From Thermoplasmatota archaeon (GTDB taxonomy: Archaea > Thermoplasmatota > Poseidoniia > Poseidoniales > Poseidoniaceae): a DNA stretch of 44,027 nucleotides. Within the stretch, counting starts at the first letter, position 1. Each line of letters starts with the position of its first letter. The notes beneath the pieces are model-generated. The model was not told the origin of the DNA, did not search any database, and was given only the letters and a program-made list of their open reading frames with translations. This document shows, piece after piece, positions 36,763 through 44,027 of this stretch. Position numbers and translations under genes: made by a program. Where the stretch lies: assembly GCA_036160375.1 (NCBI GenBank), contig JAYYDY010000063.1, forward strand, positions 1 to 44,027. The letters run 5' to 3'.

Positions 36763-38037
36763 ATGGCCGACGGTTCCCCAACCGACTCCATCACCATCAT
36801 GGGTGCTGGACTCTCTGGACTGGCGGCCGCCACGCTTCTTGCTCGAGCAGGTCGCAACGTGCACGTTCATGACATCCGTCACGATTCGGGCGCTCGGTTT
36901 GACGGTGATTTCCAAGCCTTGGAAAATTGGAGCATGGATGCTGATTTTTTCGATCAACTGGAAAGCTGGGGTTTTGATTCCACCGCCTTCAAATCAACCT
37001 CGTTTTCTGTCGTGGACTTGATACACCCCGACGACGTTGTGACCCAGGCCAAAACAGATGGTGTTGCCTACCGCATCGTTGAGCGCGGCACTTCGGACCA
37101 CACCATCGACCAGGCGTTCAAGCGGATGGCCATCGAGGCCGGTGCGACGTTGCATTACAAATCAAGGATTGACGAAAAGGAAGCCGACATCGTCGCCTGC
37201 GGGCCCAAGGACACCTCGGCCATCGCCCTCGGTGAGATTTTCCATACCTCGCACCCGAACCACATCGCGTTTCAACTGAACGACAAACTTGCCCCCGGTG
37301 CTTACTCCTACCTCATCGTCATTGACGGCGTGGGCCTAATTTGCACCTGTCTTTGGCGCAAACAGAAGAAGAGTGAGCGTTTCCTGAACGAAACCATTGC
37401 GTGTTATCAGCGCCTCTACCCCGAGATGGACATGCAGCCTGTGAAGCGAGTAGGCGGCAAGGGCGATTTCACCCTCAACGGGTTCTACACCGTCCCGGAA
37501 ACCGGCCAGCACTTTGTCGGTGAATCCGGTGGTCTGCAGGACTTCATGTGGGGTTTTGGGATGCGCATGGCGGTGTGGTCCGGTGTCTTAGCGGCGGAGG
37601 AATTGCTCGGAGGAAAGCCCTACGAAAAGGAAGTTCGCCGTCAACTGCTCCCTTACGTCCAAACGAGTGTGGCCAATCGTTGGCTGATGAACCGGGTGGG
37701 CGACCGCACCTTCAAGCGCATGTGCGTGAGTTGGATGCGTGATCAAAAGCGAAGCGGCGATGGCCTGAGGTGGATTGGGAAGTTGTTCCGTCCGAGTTTG
37801 TTCAAGCGGCTGGTGTTCCGGGCGACTTCGCCGTTCATGCTCAAGCGGATGAAGGGTCCAACACGCCCGCTTCGTCTGCCGTTTAGGAAGGCCAAACCAC
37901 GTGACACGTGGGAGCAGAGTGAAGCGGCGCTGGAGGTTAAAGCGCGATGGGAGGCGGTTCGCCGAGGTGGCGGTCATGTCTCTTTCACGAGCAACGCCGA
38001 GGGTGAGGCGCAAGAAATCTCAGCGATTTCTTCATAA
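36763..38037 (+). CDS. FAD-dependent oxidoreductase, geranylgeranyl-reductase-like
   Basis: GAGLSG Rossmann motif, APG.Y.Y, and VGE.GG.QD..WGFGM..A..SG.LAA. Confidence 0.8.
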   Translation: MADGSPTDSITIMGAGLSGLAAATLLARAGRNVHVHDIRHDSGARFDGDFQALENWSMDADFFDQLESWGFDSTAFKSTSFSVVDLIHPDDVVTQAKTDGVAYRIVERGTSDHTIDQAFKRMAIEAGATLHYKSRIDEKEADIVACGPKDTSAIALGEIFHTSHPNHIAFQLNDKLAPGAYSYLIVIDGVGLICTCLWRKQKKSERFLNETIACYQRLYPEMDMQPVKRVGGKGDFTLNGFYTVPETGQHFVGESGGLQDFMWGFGMRMAVWSGVLAAEELLGGKPYEKEVRRQLLPYVQTSVANRWLMNRVGDRTFKRMCVSWMRDQKRSGDGLRWIGKLFRPSLFKRLVFRATSPFMLKRMKGPTRPLRLPFRKAKPRDTWEQSEAALEVKARWEAVRRGGGHVSFTSNAEGEAQEISAISS

Positions 38038-38060
38038 TACCAACCCCTGTGGCTCAAGGC

Positions 38061-38927
38061 ATGAGCGACCTCTATGGATTGAAACTTGAACCCATGCCAA
38101 ACCGACTTGTCAACTACGGTGTGACCGACAACGGTATCGCCGTCATTGAACTCACCTCCGACTCGGCTGGTGCTCCCCTTGAGGGCCCCAACGACCGCTC
38201 GCCCAACACCTACACCCACGGCATGATGCGAGACATTGACGAAGCCATCGTCCGTGCTCGTTTCGACGACAGCGTCACCTGCATCGTCCTGACCGGCAAC
38301 GGTGCCTCCTTCTTCTCTGCAGGCGCCTCCATCCAGATGCTCAACAGCGTCAGCCCGGGCTTCAAGTACAACTTCTGTCTTCACGCCAACGAAACCCTCT
38401 CTCGCCTCGAGCAAACGGCCAAACTCGTCGTGTGTGCCATCAACGGCCACGCCGTCGGCGGTGGACTGGAGATCGCCATGGCGGCCGACATCCGTATTGC
38501 ACGCAAGAACTCCGGGAAGGTTGGCTTGCCTGAAATCAACCTCGGTGTGCTTGCCGGAACTGGCGGTACCGCTCGCCTCACCCGCCTCATCGGCAAGGCC
38601 AAGGCCCTTGAGATGATGGTCACCGGCGAACTGATGTCCTTTGAGGACGCCCACGCCTGCAACCTCATCAACCACATCTGGGAAGGCGACCCCGACGACT
38701 TCCGCCGAGACATCCTCGACTGGTGCAGCCAGTTCACGCTGCCCAACAAGGCCGTCAAGGCCGTTGGCAACATCAAGCGCTCCTGTCAAACCGGTCCAGA
38801 GATTCCATTCGAATACCACTTGGCACTTGAGCGTGAACTCCAAGCTGCCCTCTTCAACAGCAGCGACGCCAAGGAAGGCATCGCCGCATATGTTGAGAAG
38901 CGTGTGGCCAACTTCACCGGTCAATGA
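38061..38927 (+). CDS. Single-domain BoxC-like crotonase (ring-opening lyase candidate)
   Basis: FSAGASIQML...FKYNFCLHANET resembles the BoxC K.NFC..NET segment. GGGLE and LPE..LGVL.GTGG are present. Confidence 0.7.
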   Translation: MSDLYGLKLEPMPNRLVNYGVTDNGIAVIELTSDSAGAPLEGPNDRSPNTYTHGMMRDIDEAIVRARFDDSVTCIVLTGNGASFFSAGASIQMLNSVSPGFKYNFCLHANETLSRLEQTAKLVVCAINGHAVGGGLEIAMAADIRIARKNSGKVGLPEINLGVLAGTGGTARLTRLIGKAKALEMMVTGELMSFEDAHACNLINHIWEGDPDDFRRDILDWCSQFTLPNKAVKAVGNIKRSCQTGPEIPFEYHLALERELQAALFNSSDAKEGIAAYVEKRVANFTGQ

Positions 38928-38944
38928 ACCTCGGCGTGGTATCC

Positions 38945-39871
38945 ATGGACAACATCCACGTTCCAGCCGACGTTCCCGACGAGTTGATCGACACCTACCT
39001 CGACAACATGGCCGCTGCCACGGCGGGCACGGGCAGCATGAACCTCTTCGCTTGCGACCAGAAAATCGAACACCTGAACGACGATTTCTACGACGGCGGC
39101 AAGACCATTCCGCTCTCCTCGAACGACCCCGGGCATTTGTTTGAAATCGGCGCGCGTGCCCACGCCGACGGGACCATCGGTGTCCTCGCCGGTCAGTGCG
39201 GGCTCATCGCTCAGTACGCTCGAGATCACCCCGACGTGCCTTACCTCGTGAAGTTGAACTCCAAGTCGCACTTGGTCAAGACCGCTCAACGCGACCCCAT
39301 CAGTCAGGCCCTTTGGGACATGGACGACGTGATGTCGCTGGTTCACAACGGCATCAATGTGGTCGGTATCGGCTACACCGTGTACATCGGCAGCGAATAC
39401 GAACACGAAATGTTGACCGAAGCCGCTCACTTCATTCGCCAGGCCCACGAACTCGGGATGATTTCAGTCGTGTGGATGTACCCCCGCGGTCAGGCGGTGG
39501 CCGACGAGAAGGACCCGCAACTGATCTCCGGCGCAGCAGGCGTTGCCAGTTGCATTGGTGCGGACTTTGCTAAGGTCAACTATCCCAAGGCCTTCGAGGG
39601 CATGACCCAGCCTGAGTCCCTGAAAATTGCCGTTGAGGCCGCAGGTCGCACGGGCATCATCTGTTCGGGCGGCGGCTCCCTCGCACCACGTGAATTCCTC
39701 CAGCGACTTTACGACCAAATGGCTGTTTCCGGCTGTCGAGGCGCCGCGACCGGTCGCAACATTCACCAAAAGACGACCGAAGAAGCTGTTCGGATGACGG
39801 CCGCCTGCCATGCGATCATTTGCGAAGGCGCTTCGGTTGACGAGGCCATGGCCATCTTCGAAGGCAACTGA
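38945..39871 (+). CDS. Class I (DhnA-type) fructose-bisphosphate aldolase
   Basis: A.DQ..EH, KLNSK, GYT.Y.GS, WMYPRG, ADF.KV (Schiff-base Lys) and GRNIHQ motifs. Confidence 0.88.
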   Translation: MDNIHVPADVPDELIDTYLDNMAAATAGTGSMNLFACDQKIEHLNDDFYDGGKTIPLSSNDPGHLFEIGARAHADGTIGVLAGQCGLIAQYARDHPDVPYLVKLNSKSHLVKTAQRDPISQALWDMDDVMSLVHNGINVVGIGYTVYIGSEYEHEMLTEAAHFIRQAHELGMISVVWMYPRGQAVADEKDPQLISGAAGVASCIGADFAKVNYPKAFEGMTQPESLKIAVEAAGRTGIICSGGGSLAPREFLQRLYDQMAVSGCRGAATGRNIHQKTTEEAVRMTAACHAIICEGASVDEAMAIFEGN

Positions 39872-39924
39872 AGCCCCTTCCTGCCGGGGCAGGGATTAAA
39901 CTCCGTCTGCACTTTTGCGTCCCG

Positions 39925-40713
39925 ATGACCGAGAGTGTTCGTGCAAGGATTCGAGTCTTGGTTGAATCTGAACGGTTCAACAACATCGTCTTCGTCGCCA
40001 TCCTGGCCAGTTCCATCGCCATTGGGTTTGAGACCTACGAGTGGGGTCCGAGAGGCGACACCTTCCTGCAGCGTATTGATGGCTTGTTCTTGACGGTCTT
40101 TGTCCTGGAAATCCTGCTTCGAATTTACGCCATGGGGCGAGATTTCTTCCGAGATCCCTGGTGTGTGTTTGACTTCCTCGTCGTCGGTATTGCCTTGATT
40201 CCGGCTCGTGATTTCTTCGCCGTGTTCAGGGTGTTCCGTGTTTTGCGTGCGTTCCGATTGGTTTCGCGAATCCCTGAACTCAAACTCGTTGCTGAATCGC
40301 TGATTTTCTCTGTCAGAGGCCTCTCTGCCGTGGCGACGTTGCTGTTCGTTGTGACCTACGTGTTTGCGGTGCTGTCAACCGCTCTGTTCCAATCGGTTTC
40401 CCCGGAATACTTTGGAAGTCTCGGGCGATCGTTGTATTCGCTGTTCCAAGTCATGACGCTGGAGTCGTGGTCGAACGGTATCGTTCGCGACCTCATCAAC
40501 GAGAAAGGTTGGTGGGTTGCCATTTATTTTGTGATCTTTATTTTCATGACCACGTTTACCTTCCTCAACATGTTTGTCGCCATCTTCACCAACACGGTGG
40601 TGGCGTTAGAAGCCGACTCAGAGGAGGGTGTGAACACCGAGTTGCGACGAATCCACGCCAAAATGGACCTGTTGATGGCGACCCTTGGGGTCGAGTACGA
40701 GGAAGAGGAGTAG
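39925..40713 (+). CDS. Bacterial-type voltage-gated Na+ channel (6TM ion transporter)
   Basis: W.VFDF, S4 RVFRVLRAFRLVSR, selectivity filter TLESWS, S6 LNMFVAI. Confidence 0.88.
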   Translation: MTESVRARIRVLVESERFNNIVFVAILASSIAIGFETYEWGPRGDTFLQRIDGLFLTVFVLEILLRIYAMGRDFFRDPWCVFDFLVVGIALIPARDFFAVFRVFRVLRAFRLVSRIPELKLVAESLIFSVRGLSAVATLLFVVTYVFAVLSTALFQSVSPEYFGSLGRSLYSLFQVMTLESWSNGIVRDLINEKGWWVAIYFVIFIFMTTFTFLNMFVAIFTNTVVALEADSEEGVNTELRRIHAKMDLLMATLGVEYEEEE

Positions 40714-40717
40714 CGCT

Positions 40718-41041
40718 TCAGAGCTTCTCGTCAGCGTTGGTCATGAAGTTGCCTTCACTGTCAACGATGATGGGTGTGCCCTCGACCCACTCGGGGCAGT
40801 TCTCGGACACCCAGGTGCGGGTGGCCCACTCACAGATGTCATAGCCGCCTGACAGGATGCCAGAGCGCTTGATGTAGCCGACCTTGACGATGTCCTTGTC
40901 CTTGGAGAGCACGTTGCCCAGCTGCTGGCTGGTGGTGCCATGACGCATGGTGCTGTTGATGTACTCCAGAATCTCTGCAGTGTTTCGTGGTCGATCGCCT
41001 AAGAATTTCTTGATTTTTTCACGGATGCGTGTTGTTTTCAT
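40718..41041 (-). CDS. Small winged-helix DNA-binding protein (DUF3860-like)
   Basis: PRNT.EI..YIN...RHGTT.QQLGNVLSKD pattern. GGAGG RBS upstream. Confidence 0.7.
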   Translation of the reverse strand: MKTTRIREKIKKFLGDRPRNTAEILEYINSTMRHGTTSQQLGNVLSKDKDIVKVGYIKRSGILSGGYDICEWATRTWVSENCPEWVEGTPIIVDSEGNFMTNADEKL

Positions 41042-41314
41042 GGTTGGTCCCTCCTGTCATTTTTTGAGTGGCCTTCTTGGTGATGTGCCACTAAAGTTGA
41101 GGAGCGAGGCCGCTGATATAATGGTTCCTCCTCGGACGGACGATTTGGTTACGTTTGATGCCTCAATTGCAGTGTATTTCCGACACCGTGGTATGAATAT
41201 GTAAGTTATTTTTCACAGTTCCACTGGAAATATATAACTAAAATTAACTTCAAAGACTTTTTATCAGCAAAAGGCGTGGTCAAACCACTCCCGGATATGC
41301 CAAGGTGACTTGTG

Positions 41315-43819
41315 ATGAAACATCGCACCATCCGATCAACCGCCCAACGCCAGATTCTGGTTTGGTTGCGCCATGGCCCCTCAACGGTGTCGGACATCGC
41401 CAAGCAGTTCGCTATGCGAATGCCCCACGCCTCGCTTGCATGCCGTCAATTAAGGGAAGCCGGGTTGGTAACAAGGGACGAGCGCGGGGGGCTTCGAAAT
41501 GCGCCCATCTACCTGAGCCAGCTTGGTCATGACCGGCTCGAAGAAGATGCGCTCGGAAAAATGCAGCAGTATGCGGTGGATCTCAGTGCATCTCGCCACC
41601 CAATGGTGCTTCATGCCGATGAGGCCAACGTGCTCCTTGCTTACATGGAACCCCCTGAATCGTCCTTCGTTTTCGTGGGCGAGCGAGCAGGAAAAGGCTC
41701 CACTTCTTCCAGTGGAAATTCAGGGGGGGCGTGGGTGCTGGCGCCGCGTCATGCTGTCAAGTGGTACACGCTCACCGATGCAACCGCCTCAGCGCCTCCT
41801 GCGCCGAGAGAAGCCAGCACACTCGCCGCGTTTGAATCGACGCAACAGCGCGTTGGCTTGGTCCGCGGCGTTGTTCTTGAGCAGCGGGGCCATCGGGGGT
41901 TGGTTGAAGGTCAGTCCTTCACCATGGAGGCGAGTCGCGAGTTGGATGTGCCCTCCCTTCTTACACCTGGGGAGGTCGAAATCGGCAGCGTGCCGGGATT
42001 GAACGGGGGTTACGCACCATCCAACGGGCTTCTGGCTCATCTTCGATCCGCAGCCCATCGAAATTTGTTGATTGGAAACGTCGTACATGGCGCCATCGTG
42101 CTCAGCGACGGCCCAGTCTCCTCACCAGCGCCCTTGCCGTTTTCCGTGATGCTTCATTGGCTTCAGCTGAAACATCCCCGCATGGCGACTGCTCGACGGA
42201 ATGAACACTACCGGACATTGGTCATGGAGCTTGAGACAAACATGAATCGGGACGTATCGCCACTCATGCGTTCGCTTCTTCTTGAATTCGGAGAGCAACA
42301 ATGGACGCATGACCCGTTGAGGCCCGGTTGGTTCAACACCCACGGTGTGGCTGAGCGGGCCGTGTTGGCCGTGCTTCACCACGTCATGGAAGACGGCCGG
42401 ATTCCATTTGTGGTGGATTGGGCCTTTGAACAACCGGATGCTCCGCTGTTGTCTCGCTGGCTCACTCATCCTGCTTGCAGAGCGGTGCTGACGCGCCATG
42501 GCGGTCTTCCTGAATCAAAGGGAAGCGCCTTGTTGGTTGACGGACAAGACTTGGGGTCGGTTGATGTCGAATTGAGCCGCTCGGTGAAGTTTGACCTCAA
42601 TCTGCATCTTGACGAGGTGGAGTCGATGGGTCCTCGCCAACCAATGGAGGCTGTGCCGCGCAATGCAGAGGAGTTGTTGGCGGCCTCGGTTGGCCACCCA
42701 CAACGGGCGTTTTCGTCATCTTCCCCTGACGGATTGGCCGGCCAGCGTCTTACCGAAGCGCTTCACTTGTTCCCGACAGGCGATGAGGGCAAAGCGAATG
42801 CACTGGAATCCACCGATGCGCTGGCGTCATGGGTCGCCTCGCCCCCGACCCATCGTCCAGCCCGCTGGATTCGCCTGCGAGACCGTCTCCCAGTTGGTTG
42901 GGTTGAATTGATGCCCGTTCACGATGTGCCGTTGGCTGATCTTCCGCTTGCCTTGGCCTCAGGTGGCCGTTCATGGCGGCGCAAGGCGCTCCAACGGATT
43001 CATGCAGAAGCGGCCCATGACATCACCACGGTGCTGCGGTGGCGTCAACACCTCAAACACGATGGGGAACATCGTTTTGCTGTGGCCACCTGCATGTTGT
43101 GTTCGCTCAACCCCTCGCTTCCAGAACATGTTGCCTTGTTCGAGGATGCAAGCCGTGTGTGGTTCGAGGCCCCCATGAACGAACAAGAGGTGCTGGAATG
43201 CCTCTTCGGCCCGTCCACGACGGGCCATGATGGAGCCTTGCTTCGACGGTGGATGGACCGCTCCATGCTCCAGCCAAAAGGTTCGATGTTGCGTGCTTGG
43301 GCCACCGGTTTGGGCATCGCCCAACGCCAGGAACCGTGGCTTCCAGAAACACAACGAGCCCTGATGGAGGTGCTCCCACCGACATGGTGGTCTCCTTTTG
43401 CGCAAACCTGGTTGACGGCCCAACTGGCCAGCCAAACAGGTCGCACGTGGCTTGCCGAGTTTGAATGCAGTTGGCCTGCCCTGTTGGCCCGGGGCTTCGG
43501 AGAGCGGTCACACTTCCCCGGCCATGCTGGCGAACACCCCGGTTTCTCCCTCGACTCCACGGCTCTCCTTCCCGTTCAACTTCTGCCTGAGGGGGCGGGA
43601 AGGGTGACGTTGACGGACGTGTATGCGATGGTGTATGCGTTCGAGCAAGGTGCGCCGGTTCCGGTGCTCTCCACGCACCCGTCGGCTGGTTGGTTGGTCC
43701 GTCCGGTTGACCAGTGGCCGGTGTTTGGAAGAGATGTCATGACCGTGGGCGACCCGGACATCGGGGAGGTGTTGTTCACGCGAAGCTTCCATGCACGCCA
43801 CCTTCGCTCACGCCGATGA
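41315..43819 (+). CDS. Large protein with an N-terminal ArsR/MarR-like wHTH and an unknown Trp-rich C-terminal region
   Basis: IL.WL.HGP.TVSDIA....MR.PHAS...RQL.EAGLV at the N-terminus. Long ORF preceded by AGGTGA. Confidence 0.75.
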   Translation: MKHRTIRSTAQRQILVWLRHGPSTVSDIAKQFAMRMPHASLACRQLREAGLVTRDERGGLRNAPIYLSQLGHDRLEEDALGKMQQYAVDLSASRHPMVLHADEANVLLAYMEPPESSFVFVGERAGKGSTSSSGNSGGAWVLAPRHAVKWYTLTDATASAPPAPREASTLAAFESTQQRVGLVRGVVLEQRGHRGLVEGQSFTMEASRELDVPSLLTPGEVEIGSVPGLNGGYAPSNGLLAHLRSAAHRNLLIGNVVHGAIVLSDGPVSSPAPLPFSVMLHWLQLKHPRMATARRNEHYRTLVMELETNMNRDVSPLMRSLLLEFGEQQWTHDPLRPGWFNTHGVAERAVLAVLHHVMEDGRIPFVVDWAFEQPDAPLLSRWLTHPACRAVLTRHGGLPESKGSALLVDGQDLGSVDVELSRSVKFDLNLHLDEVESMGPRQPMEAVPRNAEELLAASVGHPQRAFSSSSPDGLAGQRLTEALHLFPTGDEGKANALESTDALASWVASPPTHRPARWIRLRDRLPVGWVELMPVHDVPLADLPLALASGGRSWRRKALQRIHAEAAHDITTVLRWRQHLKHDGEHRFAVATCMLCSLNPSLPEHVALFEDASRVWFEAPMNEQEVLECLFGPSTTGHDGALLRRWMDRSMLQPKGSMLRAWATGLGIAQRQEPWLPETQRALMEVLPPTWWSPFAQTWLTAQLASQTGRTWLAEFECSWPALLARGFGERSHFPGHAGEHPGFSLDSTALLPVQLLPEGAGRVTLTDVYAMVYAFEQGAPVPVLSTHPSAGWLVRPVDQWPVFGRDVMTVGDPDIGEVLFTRSFHARHLRSRR

Positions 43820-44027
43820 ATTGATATGGAGTCGTCCGGAGGCGCTTCTACCGTACCTGCAACATCAGGCTGAGCGACTGTGAAATGAGCAATGACGTCT
43901 GACACCACGTGTACGGCCGCAATCGAAGACTGGGACGACCCTTCGGGGAGTGACTTCCGGTGCAAATGCGGTAAACCATCGGTGGGTTATGGGTCCTTGT
44001 GCGACGCAAGAATGAACGCAAGACAAC

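Noticed and set aside
43576-44027. Possible gene at the right edge
   Set aside because: The listed minus-strand ORF overlaps the wHTH gene, and the other minus frames give only short unrecognisable peptides.
1-44027. CRISPR arrays, rRNA, transposases, defence or phage genes
   Set aside because: No spaced direct repeats or diagnostic motifs were seen.

Overview
A gene-dense, GC-rich archaeal chromosome segment. Alba, Bud32, a DUF6015-like protein, an HTH_10 (Bat-type) regulator, an archaeal type IV pilus locus and acidic surface proteins point to Thermoplasmatota, probably Marine Group II / Ca. Poseidoniales (inference). It holds about 45 CDS and one tRNA-Gly(GCC). I saw no CRISPR array, rRNA or mobile element. 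The main candidates for a second look are: (1) a dispersed CoA-epoxide aromatic-ring-cleavage gene set (BoxB-like diiron epoxidase, half-size BoxC-like lyase, PaaG-like isomerase, aldehyde dehydrogenase, 3-hydroxyacyl-CoA dehydrogenase, EamA transporter) with no BoxA/PaaE reductase in the window, next to a Bat-type regulator and a tandem 14-bp palindrome; (2) a polyamine operon of agmatinase, SpeD-like decarboxylase and bacterial-type deoxyhypusine synthase, possibly making homospermidine; (3) a cysteine-free Mrp/NBP35 ATPase paired with a free-standing Cys-rich DUF971 protein; (4) an orphan basic protein with a palindromic promoter, a structured 5' leader and a structured 3' element; (5) ORB-like sequences beside an AT-rich tract between two winged-helix genes; (6) a NavAb-type voltage-gated channel. 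All family calls come from motif recognition by eye, not from database searches.
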